The translations under genes and the position numbers were made by a program. A DNA stretch of 64,000 nucleotides, from assembly GCA_038087875.1 (NCBI GenBank), contig CM075995.1:10046001-10110000 (forward strand), written 5' to 3'. Origin of the DNA: Malacoraja senta. Taxonomy: Eukaryota. Position 1 is the first letter of the stretch. Every line of letters starts with the position of its first letter. Of this stretch, positions 1 through 13,720 are shown piece by piece. The notes beneath the pieces were generated by a model. That model ran no database searches, was not told where the DNA came from, and saw nothing but the letters and a program-made list of their open reading frames with translations.

Positions 1-1024
1 GGGTATGGAGAGAAGGCAGGGATGGGATACTGAGTTGGATGATCAGCCATGATCATATCGAATGGCGGTGCAGGCTCGAAGGGCCGAATGGCCTACTCCT
101 GCACTTATTTTCTATGTTTCTATGTAATGGGCCCAATTTAATAAAGGAACCATTAGGAGGTAGCGACCACAACATGATAAGTTTTAATCTGCAATTTGAA
201 AGGGAGAACATGAAATTGGATGTGTTGGTATTACAGCTGAGCAAAGGGGACTACAGAGGCATGAGGGAGGAGCTGGCCACAGTTGATTGGAAAGGGACCC
301 TAGCAGGGGTGACGGCGGAACAGTGACGGCAGGAATTTCTGGGAATGATCTGGAAGATGCAGGATCTTTTAATTCCAAAGAAGAAGATAGATTCTAGGAG
401 AAAGAGGCGACCATGGCTGACAAGGGAAGTCAAGGACAGTATAAAAAACTAAAAGTGAAGGTATATAACATTGCAAGGATTAGTAAGAAGCCAGAGGATT
501 GGGAAGCTTTTAAAGAACAACAGAAGGTAACTTAAAGGGCAATACGGGGAGAATAGATGAAATACGAAGGTAAGCTAGATAAAAAATAAAATAAAAGAGT
601 TTCTTCAGTTATATAAAGAGTAAGGAAGAGACAAGAGTGGACGTTGGACCGCTGGAGAATGATGCAGGAGAAGTGATAGTGGAGAATAAAGAAATGGCAG
701 AGGGGTTGAATAACTTTTTTGCATCAGTTTTCACAGTGGAAGACACCAGCAACGCGCCTGAAATTCAAGTGAGTCAGGGGGTGGAAGTTAGTGGAGTGGC
801 TATTACTAGGGAGAAGGTGCTTGGGAAGCTGAAAGGGCTGAAGGTGGATAAGTCACCTGGACCAGATGGACTGCACACAAGGGTTGTGAAAGGTGGTTTT
901 AGAGATTGTGGAGGCATTAATGGTGATATTTCAGGAGAGATCACAGATGATTGGAAAATAGCCAATATTACCCCTGCACAAGAAGGGAGCAAAGCAGAAT
1001 AGTGGGAACTATAGGCTGGTTAGT
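1..1024 (+). mobile_element. CR1-clade LINE fragments (3' tail, then degenerate ORF2 endonuclease/tether region)
   Basis: GSDHNMISF, LNNFFASVFT, KSPGPDGLH, DWKIANITP motifs; CR1-type 3' tail at 1-125. Confidence 0.85.
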
Positions 1025-1624
1025 CCATGTAGAAATTACAGCTGTGTTTATACATAGACCCCCCATTTCAGGGCACCATAATATTTTGGGAACATGGCTT
1101 CACAGGCATTTGTAATTGCTCGGGGGTGTTTAAATGCCTCCTAAATGCCTCCTTAAGTGAGCTCTCAGCACCTAGTCTTTCCTCCAGCCTTTCCATCACC
1201 GTTGGAAACTTTTATTGCTGTTTATCAACATGAGGACCAAAGTTGTGCCAATGAAAGTCAAAGAAGCGATTATGAGACTGACAAACAAGAATAAAACTGT
1301 GAGAGACATCAGCCAAACCTTAGGCTTACCAAAATCAACTGTTTTGGAACATCATTAAGAAGAAAGAGAGCACTGGTGAGCTTATTAATCGCAAAGGGAC
1401 TGGCAGGCCAAGGAAGACCTCCACAGCTGATGACAGAAGAATTCTCTCTATAATAATGAAAAATCCCCAAACACTCTGTCCGACAGATCAGAAACACTCT
1501 TCAGGAATAAGGTGTGGATTTGTCAATGACCACTGTCCGCAGAAGACTTCATGAACAGAAATACAGAGGCTACACTGAAAGATGCAAACCACTGGTTAGC
1601 CGCAAAAATAGGATGGCGTGGTTA

Positions 1625-2357
1625 AGGGGCTGTCCCACTGCGGTAACCTAATCTGCGAGTTTAGAATAGTTTGCCCTCGACTCAAACTCGCAGCATGGTC
1701 GACACGTGGTCCTAGGATGTCCTTTGAGGTCACTGGAACTCTCCTGCATGCTCGAAGGAAGTTCCCGCATACTTGCGGCCTCAGCTAGGTCGCAGAAAAC
1801 GTTTCAACATGTTGAAAATTTTTTCGCCAGTAAAAATTGGTCGGCATGGTTCATTTTAACTCATAGTGCAGTGGAGTGGGGTCGCTATTTAGTTACAGGC
1901 AGTCGAGGGCTGCCGTAGGCAATCTCCTTCGCTGACTGGGCATGTTTGGAGCTCATTGGAGCTTTCAGGACCAAGGAAAACCGACCGGTAGGTTAAATGC
2001 CCTCTAAACTTTATTAAACGTTGTCTGACTTCTTAAAAGTGTCTCCACTCCTTCTCCTCCCCTTCTCTCCCCTTCTCTCTCCTTCTCTCCCCCCCCCCCC
2101 CCCACCCCCACGCCTTCTAAAGGATTTACCGTACACTGTGCAGCCGTCTTTTACCTTCCTCTTCATCGCGGGTGTGAATTTCAGACAGTGCTCCCCCGCT
2201 TTCCCTGGCCCCCGCCTTTGCGATGTGTTTGTGTGTGTGCGGTCGGTCGCTGAAGGTCGATCCAGCTCGAGGTTTTCCAGGCGAGTACCCTCGAGCTTGA
2301 AGGTCGAAGACACTCTTCTGAACTCGCGGATTAGGTCGCCACAGTGGGACAGCCCCT
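1625..2357. mobile_element. Non-autonomous PIF/Harbinger-type element nested in Tc1
   Basis: ~37-bp TIRs AGGGGCTGTCCCACTG...; TTA TSD at 1622-1624 and 2358-2360; the Tc1 copy near 62270 shows the empty site with a single TTA. Confidence 0.88.
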
Positions 2358-2728
2358 TTACAGTTTGCCAAGAAGTACTTAAAAGAGCAACCACAGTTCT
2401 GGAAAAATGTTGTGTGGACAGATGAGACGAAGATTAACTTATATCACAGTGATGGCAAGAGCAAAGTATAGAGGAGAGAAGGAACTGCCCAAGATCATAG
2501 CATACCACCTCATCTGTGAAACACGGTTGTGGGGGTGTTATGACCTGGGCATGTATGGCTGCTGAAGGTACTGGCTCACTTATCTTCCTTGATGATACAA
2601 CTGCTGATGTTAGTAGCATAATGAATTCTGAAGTGTATAGACACATCCTATCTGCTCAAGTTCAAACAAATGACTCAAAACTCATTGGCCGGCAGCTCAT
2701 TCTACAGCAAGACAATGATCCCAAACAG

Positions 2729-2823
2729 GGACACAAAAATGCTGGAGAAACTCAGCGGGTGCAGCAGCATCTATGGAGCGAAGGAAATAGGCAACGTTTC
2801 GGGTCGAAACCCTTCTTCAGACT
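2729..2823 (-). mobile_element. Penelope-derived short repeat with minimal hammerhead motif
   Basis: Minus strand GTCTGAAGAAGGGTTTCGACCCGAAACGTTG; interrupts the Tc1 ORF. Confidence 0.7.
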
Positions 2824-3559
2824 GGATCCCAAAGATACTGCTGAAGCAACAAAGGAGTTTATCAAAGCTAAAAAATGGTCAATTCTTGAGTGGCCAAGTC
2901 AATCACCCGATCTGAACCCAATTGAGCATGCCTTTTATATGCTGAAGAGAAAAATGAAGGGGACTAGCCCCCAAAACAAGCATAAGCTAAAGATGGCTGC
3001 AATACAGGCCTGGCAGAGCATCACCAGAGAAGACACCCAGCAACTGGTGATGTCCATGAATCACAGACTTCAAGCAGTCATTGCATGCAAAGGATATGTA
3101 ACAAAATATTAAACATGACTACTTTTATTTACATGACATTGCTGTGTCCCAAACATTATGGTGCCCTGAAATGGGGGGACTATGTATAATCACTGCTGTA
3201 ATTTCTACATGGTGAAACCAAAATGTGTAAAAATGGCCTTTATTAAAATCTGACAATGTGCACTTTAACCACATGTGATTTTTTTCTATTACAAATCTCA
3301 AATTGTGGAGTGCTGAGGCAAATAAATAAATGACGGGTCTTTGTCCCAAACATTATGGAGGGCACTATATGGTGAGCGTTTGTCAGCACTGGGCATGTAC
3401 TCGCTGGAGTTTAGAAGAATGAGGGAGGACCTCGTTGAAACATACTGAATAGTGAAAGGTTTGGATAGAGAGTGGGAGAGTCTAGGACTAGAGGTCAAAG
3501 CCTTAGAAATAAAGGACAATCTTTTAGGAAGGAGGTGAGGGGGAATTTCTTTCGTCATA

Positions 3560-4425
3560 ACGTGATGCCTAACGGCAGCGGCTCGACTGCAGTCCGTCTG
3601 TCTTTATTTTTTATTTTTGTCTAGTTAAATGTAGTTGTTTGTGTTTTTTTATATTGTTTTTAACTGTGTATATGTGGGGGGCCTGGGGGGGGAGGGGGAA
3701 ACTTTAAAAAATCTCTTCCCTGTATGGAGGACCCGACCTTTCTCTGTCGGGTCTCCGTTGTCGTTGGGGCCTAGCACCGTGGAGCGGCCTCCAACCAGAA
3801 CGACCTGGGGCTCCAGTCGCGGAGCCTGCGGACTACTCACCATCGTGGAGCTGGCCGAGTTCGGAGCGTGGAGAGCTGCGGTGACGCGCGGCTGTGACCC
3901 GACCCCGGAGATTCGGAGGCTCCAGCCGCAGGTCTGGTGGACGGTAACATCGGGAGCTCGCGGGTCCCTGGTGGGAGACCGGTTTTCGGGGCTCCCGCAA
4001 CGGCAACTTCTCCCGCCCGAGTTGCGGGGTTGAAGATGACCTGGAGCTGGGTCTAACATCGCCCGGCGCGGCTTTAAATGGCCCCGGGACTTGCTAGCGC
4101 TACCGGGGGCTCCAGCATCCAGACCCGGAGGGCGGCCTTGCATCGCCCGGCGCGGCTTTAATGGCCGCGGGACATATTTTACATCGCCCGCCGGGGGCTC
4201 TGACTCTGACATCGGGAGGAGAATGGGGAGTGCAGGGAAGAGATAAGACTTTTGCCTTCCATCACAGCGAGAAGGAGATTCGCTGTGATGGATGTTTGTG
4301 TAAATTGTGTTGTGTCTTGGTTCTTTTTACTTGTTTGTATGACTGCAGAAACCAAATTTCGTTTGAACTTCATTTGAGGTTCAAATGACAATAAATGGTA
4401 TTGTATTGTATTGTATTGTATTGTA
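3560..4425 (+). mobile_element. GC-rich non-autonomous retroelement with (TATTG)n tail, inserted in a CR1 fragment
   Basis: Ends tgacaataaatgg(tattg)n; internal repeat catcgcccggcgcggcttta; related antisense fragment at ~6340-6615. Confidence 0.65.
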
Positions 4426-5397
4426 TGAATCTGTGGAATTCTTTGGCGCAGAAGGCTGTGGATATTTTTAAGGCAGTGGATATTTTTAAGGCAGAGATAG
4501 ATAGATTAATTTGTACGGGTGTTAGAGGTTATGAGGAGAAGGCAGGAGAATGGGGTTTGGAGGGAGAGATAGATCAGTCATGATTGAATGGCGGGGTAGA
4601 CTTGATGGGCCGAATGGCCTAATTCTACTCCTATCACTTATGAGCTCAAGGACAGGCCCTTCAGCCCACAGTGTCTGTGCTGGGTGAACAACCCTATTAC
4701 TAATCGACCTGGGCATAATCCATATCCCTCCAGATCCATGTGCCAATGTAAAAATCTCTTAAACTCTATATCTGTATCTACCTCTGCCATCACCCCTGGC
4801 AGTGTGTTCCTGGCACCCACCACCCTCTCTGTAAAATACACCCCACTCGTCTATTTTAAACTTTGTCCCTCTCACCTTATCGCTGTGCCCTCTAATATTT
4901 GATATTTACATACGATGATATAGGTTCTGACCGTCTACCCTGTTTATGCCTCATAATTTTATACGTCTGTCCAACCCATAACACCCCATAATCCATACAT
5001 CATGTGGTAAACCTCCTCTGCACCCTTTCCAGAACCTCCATATCCTTCCTGTAATGGTCTGACCAGAACTGCACACAATACTCCAAATGCAGCCTAACCA
5101 AAGTCCTAGAAACGACATCATGACTTACTGACCCTTGTACTCAATGCCCTGACTTAAGAAAGCAACTCTGCTTTCTTTACCTCTCTATCTACCAATAGTT
5201 GTCAAATATTGCCCCAATATCTTGATCAGTTGAGCAGGTGGGCTGAGGAATGCTTGATGGAATTTAATGCAGTCATGGTTGGACCTACGCAGTGAATGGT
5301 TGGGCTCTGGGGAGTGTTGTGGAGCAGAGGGATCTAGAAGTGCAGGTACACAGTTCAGCTCCTTCAGACCCCTCGCCCCAATCTCCCTTGTACTCAC

Positions 5398-5697
5398 TGT
5401 CTCCCCGGTGCGGTAGGGGGTAGACCCCTTGCCCCCGGCGATGCTGAAGCCCAGCCCGCGGTCGTCTCGGGCCAGTGAGGTGCAGAGCAGCTCCTTGGTG
5501 CCAGTGTCACCGCGCCGGCCGGCCCGCCGCTCCCGCGGGGCATAGTCATCCTCGGGCCGCAGCGGGGTGACGGTCACCGCGTTCTCCGGCTCCACCATCC
5601 TCTCCCGCAGCACCGCCATGGTCACCACTCCCCCTGAACTCCGCAACGCCTCCACCGCCCGCTGGTGCTCCGCGTCCTGCAGCCGCACACCGTTCAC
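5398..5697 (-). CDS. SCRIB: Scribble exon 19 equivalent, end of PDZ1 and start of PDZ2: VNGVRLQDAEH...GLGFSIAGGKGSTPYRTGET
   Basis: 300 bp, ccgcag| and |gtgagt; RERMVEPENAVTVTPLRPEDDY conserved. Confidence 0.96.
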
Positions 5698-6713
5698 CTG
5701 CGGGAGGGAGAGTGTGTCAGTTGGAGGACCAGGCCATCGGACCAGGCGGGAGGACTAGACCGGACTGTGGGAGGACCAGACAGGAGGACTAGACCGGATG
5801 ATGTTTAGAGAGGTGGGAGACAAAATCCCCCATGCTCTGCAATCTGGATTTTGAAATTCGGTGAAAAAATCTATTAAAATCTCCGCTTTCCACGAGACAG
5901 TGGGGGTGTCACTGTTTAGCGCTTATTAAATGTCTCTTTTGACACCGTATTAACACGATGTGTCACCAATTGTGTTTTGACCTTCAAGCAAAAATCATTG
6001 CTTTCAAGTATTACTGAAGGTATTCACGGAGAATTTCTTAAAGCTGTCTGATGCGGGTACAATTACCATTTGAACTAATTGGATGTATTGGTGGATGGGA
6101 AAGATTTAAACTGGTATCGGATTTAAATGGGTCAGGTCATTAAGGGCTCCGGTCGAACGGGTTTCTTGGCTGGCTTGCAGGTAAGTCACCCATTCACGGT
6201 CACTCACTTTATTTAATATTTTTTCCCCATCTCTCTCTCTCCCCTCTCCAAGGTTAGATCTTCTGTTTGCTTCAGTTTTATTTGTTTAAGTGTTATTTAT
6301 CACATCGTAGCTTTAGAAAGATTCAAGCGGGTATCAGACGCTTTCTAAGGGCTGAATCGGCCCGTTCGCGGGGTCTTTCATCGCGGCTTAATATCAAACT
6401 GTTGTGTCGAGGCAATCGAGGCTCCCGATGTTGAAGCCCCTGCCGGCCGATTTTAAGCTGCGCCGGGCGATTAAAGGCCCCGCAAACGGGCCGATTGAAG
6501 CCCCACGATTTGGGGCAGATGAAGCTGCTGTTGCTGGAGTTCGTAGTCGGTCACCAACCAGGTCAGCTCCCGATGTTACCGTCCACAAGGCCCACGGTTG
6601 AAGCCTCCAAAGCCTCGCGTGTGTGTGTGCGCATGCGGCCACCAAGAAATCGTGGACCCCCAAATCGTGTCCCTCCCATGTTTTGAAAGCGATTTCCGCC
6701 CCTGGACCGTACT

Positions 6714-6900
6714 GTGGGAGGACCAGGCGGGAGGACTAGACCGGACTGTGGGAGGACCAGGCGGGAGGACTAGACCGGACTGTGGGAGGACCAGGCGGGA
6801 GGACTAGACCGGACTGTGGGAGGACCAGGCGGGGAGGACTAGACCGGACTGTGGGAGGACCAGGTCACAGGACTAGACCGGACTGTGGGAAGACCAGGCG
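6714..6900. repeat. 34-bp minisatellite (ggactagaccggactgtgggaggaccaggcggga); more copies at 5724-5797
   Basis: Period 34 read directly. Confidence 0.9.
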
Positions 6901-6940
6901 GCTGGTGCTCCCTGTCCTGCAGCCCCACGTCGTTCACCTG
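6901..6940 (-). pseudogene. Degenerate partial duplicate of exon 19 5' end including its acceptor
   Basis: 35/40 identity to 5661-5700 (offset 1240 bp); reads VNDVGLQDREHQ vs VNGVRLQDAEHQ. Confidence 0.85.
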
Positions 6941-7149
6941 CGGTTGGGGGGGGGGGGGGGGGAGGGAGTGTGGGAAAGAGTGTGTCAATGGGAGGACCAG
7001 GCTGGAGCATGGGAGGAGCAGACAAGAGGACCACAGTCCCTGCTGCCTGAATGATCCATTGGCTATTGTGGACATAGCACGGAAAAGGGATCTTTAGCCC
7101 AACTCACCCTTGCTGACCAAGATGCCCCATCTAAGCTAGTCCTCTCTGC

Positions 7150-7700
7150 ACAGGCCAGCTGTGACTCTCCCCCCCTCTGGCCAGCTGTGACCCCCCCTCT
7201 GCACCGGCCAGCTGTGATCCCCTCTCTCTACACTGGCCAGCTGTGATCTCCTCTCTACACTGGCCAGCTGTGATCCCCCCTCTGGCCAGCTGTGATCTCC
7301 CTACACTGCCCAGCTGTGACCTCCTCTCTACACTGGCCAGCTGTGACCTCCTCTCTACACTGGCCAGCTGTGACCTCCTCTCTACACTGGCCAGCTGTGA
7401 CCTCCTCTCTACACTGGCCAGCTGTGATCCCCCCTCTGGCCAGCTGTGATCTCCTCTCTACACTGGCCAGCTGTGACCTCCTCTCTACACTGGCCAGCTG
7501 TGGCCTCCTCTCTACACTGGCCAGCTGTGACCCCCCCCCCTCTGGCCAGCTGTGACCCCCTCTCTACACTGGCCAGCTGTGACCCCCTCTCTACACTGGC
7601 CAGCTGTGACCTCCTCTCTACACTGGCCAGCTGTGACCCCCTCTCTACACTGGCCAGCTGTGACCTCCTCTCTACACTGGCCAGCTGTGATTCCCCCTCT
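7150..7700. repeat. 27-bp minisatellite (ggccagctgtgacctcctctctacact)
   Basis: Period 27; abuts the exon 18 donor. Confidence 0.95.
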
Positions 7701-7732
7701 ATCCACACTGACAGTGCAGGGAGATGACTCAC

Positions 7733-7810
7733 CTCCAGCAGTTTGTCCCCCACTCTCACACCAGCCTGAGCTGCGGGGCCCTCCTCCGACACGCGGGAGA
7801 TGAAGATTCC
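7733..7810 (-). CDS. SCRIB: Scribble exon 18 equivalent, PDZ1: GIFISRVSEEGPAAQAGVRVGDKLLE
   Basis: 78 bp, ttccag| and |gtgagt. Confidence 0.96.
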
Positions 7811-7974
7811 CTGGAACACACAGAGACAGAGATGAACAATATCCAGGGCCCTGACGGAGAGAAGCCTGGCTGCATGACATCCCCATCCACACAGGCCACG
7901 CACATGTGGGCACTCTTACCCATCACCCCTACATCAGAGCCGGCACCAGGGCTGGCAGAGGGGCAGAGGGAGTC

Positions 7975-8380
7975 ATGGGAGGAGGAAGAGAGGTGAGCAG
8001 GGGGTGGAAGGGAGGCAATGGCAGACGTTGGAGAGGTGCAGATGAGGGAGGGTGCAGGAGAGGAGGAAGAAGGAGAGGGGGAAGGAGGAGGAGAAAGGAG
8101 GAGAGGAAGGAGGAGAGGGGGAGGAGGAGAGGAGGTCGAAGGAGCAGGTGCAGAGGGAGGAGGGGAGGGGAGGAGGGAGGAGAGGAGGGAGAGGGAGGAT
8201 GAGAAGAGGGAGGAGCAGGAGAGGAGGGAGCAGGAGAGGAGGGAGCAGGAGAGGAGGTGAGGAAAAGACCAGGAGGGAGGAGGAGAGGAGGAGAGCAGGA
8301 GAGGAGGGAGGAAGAGAGGAGGGGAGAAGGGGGCAGGAGGGAGTAGAAGGGTGAGCTGTGGGAGATGGGAAGGGTGGGGG
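7975..8380. repeat. Polypurine GA-rich low-complexity tract
   Basis: Composition. Confidence 0.85.
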
Positions 8381-10235
8381 GAGAATTCAGAAATCAGAGG
8401 TGCAGAGGGACTTGTGATTGCTGGTGCAGGATTACCAAAAGGTTGAATTGGCAGTAAGGAAGGCAAATGCAATGTTGGCAATTATTTTGAGAGGACTAGA
8501 ATATATAAAACAAGGATGTAATGCTGAAGTTTTATAAAGCACTGGTCAGACCACATGTGGAATATTGTGAGCAATTTTGGTCCCCATATCTGAGGAAGGA
8601 TGTGCTGGCTCTAGAGAGGGTCCAGAGGAGGTTTACAAGAATGACCCCAGCAATGAGTGGGTTAACATATGAGTGTTTGTCAGCACTGGGCCTGTACTCA
8701 CTGGAGTTTAGAAGAGTGAGTGGAGACCTCTTTGAAAATTACTGAATAGTGAAAGGCTTGGGCAGAGTGGATGTGGAGAGGATGTTTCCACTAGTGGGAG
8801 AGTCTAGATCCAGAGGGCACAGCCTTAGATTATAAGGACCTACCTTTAGAAAGGAACCGAGGAGGAATTTCTTTAGTCAGAGGGTGGCGACTATGTGGAA
8901 TTCATTACCACAGATGACTGTGAAGGCCAAATCATTAGGTATTTCAAGGTGGAGATTGACACATTCTTGTAAACAAGAACTGTTCCAGAGCCGCTGTCGG
9001 AAAAAAGCTCAGAGAATTGCTAAGGACAAACTGCACCCCCTCCACATACACCTGGATCTCCTGCCATCAGGCAAGAGATATCGCAGCATCAAAGACTGCT
9101 AAACAGCTTCCTGCCATATGCTGTGAGGCTGCTAAACAGCCACTCTGTACTCACAGTCACCTGATTCTGCGGCTTGGCACGGACACTTTAATAACTGGCA
9201 CTGGCCACTTCAATAACTGGCACTGGCCACTCAAATCAGCCACCCCGGACATGTTTATGATTGGTTTTACTGTATTTTAACGTTGTTTTTACCTACTTTT
9301 TAACTATTTATACTGTTCCATCAGGGACTGGATTGTTTTTAGTGTTATTATGTGTGAAATGTTTTGAATTTCATGTGCGATGCTCCGGTATTCCCTGGGA
9401 AACATCTTTTCATTTTGCACTGTACAACTGTTGCTTGCAAGATGACAATAAAGGTTGATTGATTGATTAGTAAGGGTGTCATGGGTGAGGGTGAGGCCAT
9501 AAGTTCTAGGAGCATAGAAATATAGAAAATATGTGCAGGAGTAGGCAATTCCGCCCCTCGACCATTCAATATGATCATGGCTGATCATCCAAAATAATCA
9601 TGGCTGATCATCCAAAATCAGTACCTGTTCCTGCTTTCTCCCTATATCCTTTGATTCGGTTAGAGTCTGCGGAGCAGAATAAGGCCATTCAGCCCATCAG
9701 GTCTCCTCCGCCATTCAATCATCGCTGATGGCAGGAGAATGGGGTCAAGAGGGAAAGATAGATTAGCCATGATTGAATGGCGGAGTAGACTCAATGGCCT
9801 AATTCTGCTCCTATAACTTATGAAGGGAGCAAAGGCCAGGGAACATAGGAGACACAAGGAACAGCAGACACTGGAATCTAGCATTAAACACAAAGTACTG
9901 GAGGAATGCAGTGGGTCAGGCAGCATCAGCGGGGAGAATATACCGACCACCATAGGACCCTTCTTCACAGCGACTCTAGTAGGGGGGAAAACCTGGGAGT
10001 GGGACAAAGCTCAGCAGGTGACAGGTTGGTACAGGGGATGGGGAAATGGTAGTAGAGAAGAGTGGAGAGGGAGAAGGGACAGTAGGGTGGGAGAGATGGG
10101 AGGAGAAGGGGGTGAGGTATAGGGAAAGGGTGGGGTGAGGGGAGAGGTGAGGGTGATTGATTGGGGATGATCAGCCATGATCACATTGAATGGCAGTGCT
10201 GGCTCGAAGGGCCAAATGGCCTACTCCTGCACCTA

Positions 10236-10810
10236 TTGTCTATTGTGAGGGGAGAGGTGAGGGTGAGGGAGAGGGCAGGGTAAGGGAGAGGGGTGAGGTG
10301 GAGAGGTGAGGGAGAGGTGGAGGGGTGAGGTGGATGGGAGGGAGAAGGTGGGATGTGGAGTGGGTGCGGGTGGGGTGAGTGAAGGTTGGGTGAGGAGTGG
10401 GGTGTGGGTGAGGTTGGGGTGTGGCGTGGGTGGGGTGGGGTGTGGCGTGGGTGGGCAGTGGGTGGGTGAAGTTTGGGTGAGGAGTGGGGTGTGGTGTGGG
10501 TGGTGTGGGGTGAGGGTGGGGTGTGGCGTGTGTGGGGAGTGGGTGATGGTGGGGTGGGGTGAGCAGTGGGGTGTGGTGTGGGTGCGGTGGGGTGAGGGTG
10601 GGGTGTGGCATGGGTGGCGTGAGGGTGGGGTGGGGTGAGGGTGGGGTGTGGCGTGGGTGGGGTGAGGGTGGGGTGGGGTGAGGGTGGGGTGTGGCGTGGG
10701 TGGGGAGAGGGTGAGGGTGGGGTGTGGCGTGGGTGGGGAGTGGGTGAGGGGTGGGTGAGGATTTGGGTGTGGGTAGTGAGTGGGTGAGGGTGGGGTGAGG
10801 GTGGGGTGTG
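10236..10810. repeat. G-rich (ggtgg/gtgag) low-complexity tract with G-quadruplex potential on the plus strand
   Basis: Dense GGG runs abutting the exon 17 donor. Confidence 0.8.
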
Positions 10811-10817
10811 AGCTCAC

Positions 10818-10907
10818 CTCGTCCTCACCCTTGTAGGGTGTAGAGCCTTTGCCGCCAGCGATGCTGATACCTAGGCCCCCTGTTTTGCGGTGGATGATCA
10901 GCGTCAG
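10818..10907 (-). CDS. SCRIB: Scribble exon 17 equivalent, PDZ1 start: LTLIIHRKTGGLGISIAGGKGSTPYKGEDE
   Basis: 90 bp, cctgtag| and |gtgagc; GLGI carboxylate loop. Confidence 0.96.
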
Positions 10908-10968
10908 CTACAGGAAACACAGTGGGTTAGCACCAGCTCCCCACCGCACACACCAGGGTACCGCACCA

Positions 10969-13720
10969 GAGACACACACCCAGACATGTCCACACACACA
11001 CCCGGTCATGTACAGACACATACCCAGACATGTCCAACACACCCAGACATGTCGACACACACCCAGACATGTCCACACACAATCCCAGTCATGTCCAGAC
11101 ACACACCCAGACACACACCCAGACATGTCCAACACACCCGGATATATCCAGACAAACACCCAGACATGTCTGGCACACCCAGACATGTCCAGACACACAC
11201 CCAGACATGTCCAACACACCCAGACATGTCCAGACACACACCCAGACATGTCCAGACACACACCCAGACACGTCCAACAAGATACCCAGACATGTGCAGT
11301 CACATAGCCAGACATGCCAGCCACACACCCATACATGTCCAGCAACACACCCAGACATGTTGACACACACCCAGACATGTCCAGCAACACACCCAGACAT
11401 GTCAACACACACCCAGACATGTCCGGACACACACCCAGATATGTCCAACAACACACCCAGACACACACCCTGACATGTCCAGACACACACCCAAACACAC
11501 CCAGACATGTCCAAGAACACACCCACACACCGAGACATGTCCAAGAACACACCCAGACATGTCCAGACACACACCCAGATATGTCCAACAACACACCCAA
11601 ACACATACCCAGACATGTCCAGACACACACCCAGACATTAGACACACACCCAGACATGTCCAACACACCCAAACATGTCCAACACATCCGGACATGTCTA
11701 GACACACACCCAGACATGTTCAACAACACACCCAGACATGTCTAGACAAACCCAGACATGTCTAGATACACACCCAGACAAGTCCAACAACACACTCAGA
11801 CATGTCTAACACACCCAGACATGTCCAGACACACATACAGACATGTCCAGACACACACCGACATGTCGACACACACAGACATGCCCAACACATCCAGACA
11901 TATCCAACACATCCAGACATGTCCAACACACCCTGACATGTCCAACACACCCAGATATGTCTAGGCACATACCCAGACATGTCTAGACACACACCCAGAC
12001 ATGTCCAACACACCCAAACATGTCCAACACATCCAGACATGTCTAGACACACACCCAGACATGTCCAACAACACAGACATGTCTACACACACCCAGACAT
12101 GTCCAACAACACACCCAGACATGTCCAAGAACACACAGACGTGTCCAATACATCCAGACATGTCGAACTCACCCAGACATGTCCAGACACACACAGACAT
12201 GTCCAACACAGACATGTCCAGACACACACCCAGACATGCCCAGACACACAGCAGGGCATGTAGATACACAGACACATGTTCAGACACATACCTAGACATG
12301 TCCAGACACACACCCAGACATGTCTAGATACACACCCAGACATGTCTAGTCACACACCCGGACATGTCTAGACACACACCCGGACATGTCCAACAACATA
12401 CCCAGACATGTCTAGACACACACCCAGACATGTCCAAGAACGCACCCAGACATGTCCAACACCCCCAGACATGTATAGACACACACCCAGACTTGTCTGA
12501 TCACACACCCGGACATGTCCAGACACACACCCAGACATGTCCAACACCCAGACATGTCCAACACACCCAAACATGTCCAACACATCCAGACATGTCTAGA
12601 CACACACCCAGACATGTCCAACAACACACACAGGCATGTCCAATACATCCATACATGTCCAACACACCTAGACATGTCCAGACACACACACAGCCAAGTC
12701 CAGACACACACCCAGACATGTCCAGACACAAACCCAGACATGTCCAGACACACACACAGACATGTCGACACACCCAGACATGTCCGACACACCCAGACAT
12801 GTCGAAACATACCCAGACATGTCCAACAACACACTCAGACATGTAGACACACACAGACATGTTCAGACACACACCCAGACATGTCCAGACACACACCCAG
12901 ACATGTCCAAGAACACACAGACTTGTCCAACACATCCATACATGTCCAACACACCCAGACATGTCCAGACACACACCCAGACATGTCCAGACACATGGCA
13001 GATCATGTAAACACACAGACATGTTCAGACACACACCTAGACATGTCCAGACACACACCCAGACATGTCTAGATACACACCCAGACATGTCTAGACACAC
13101 ACCCGGACATGTCTAGACACGCACCCGGACATGTCCAAGAACGCACCCAGACATGTCCAACCCCCCCAGACATGCCTAGACACACACCCAGACTTATCTC
13201 GACACACACCCGGACATGTCCAACAACACACCCAGACATGTCTAGACACACCCAGACATGTCTAGACACACACCCAGACGGTCCAGACACACCCAAACAT
13301 GTCCAACACACACAGACATGTCTAGACACACACACAGACATGTCTAGATACACACCGACATGTCTAGACACACACCCAGACATGTCTAGACACACACCCA
13401 GACGGTCCAGACACACCCAGACATGTCCAACACACACACGCAGACATGTCTAGACACACACCCAGACATGTCCAACACACCCAGACATGTCTAGACACAC
13501 ACCCAGACATATCCAACACACCCAAACATGTCCAGACACACACCCAGACATGTCTAGACACACACCCAGACATGTACAGACACACACCCAGACATGTCTA
13601 GATACACACCCAGACTTGTCTAGACACTCGGGCATGTCTAGACACGCACCCAACATGTCCAACAACACACCCAGTCATGTCTAGACACACATCCAGACAT
13701 GTCCAAGAACGCACCAGACA
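10969..13720. repeat. Complex ~19-22 bp minisatellite (ccagacatgtccaacacac / ccagacatgtctagacacacac), left block
   Basis: Direct reading; continues beyond the LINE insertion. Confidence 0.95.

Larger units (their letters stand above)
1025..3367 (+). mobile_element. Degenerate Tc1-like DNA transposon (family A) with two nested insertions
   Basis: QQDNDPK and [15 protein letters not shown] motifs; right TIR ending ...ttatggagggcact; left TIR truncated. Confidence 0.9.

Noticed and set aside
10849..13684. Many overlapping repetitive ORFs (HTQTCP / CVSGHV)
   Set aside because: Translations of the minisatellite in all frames
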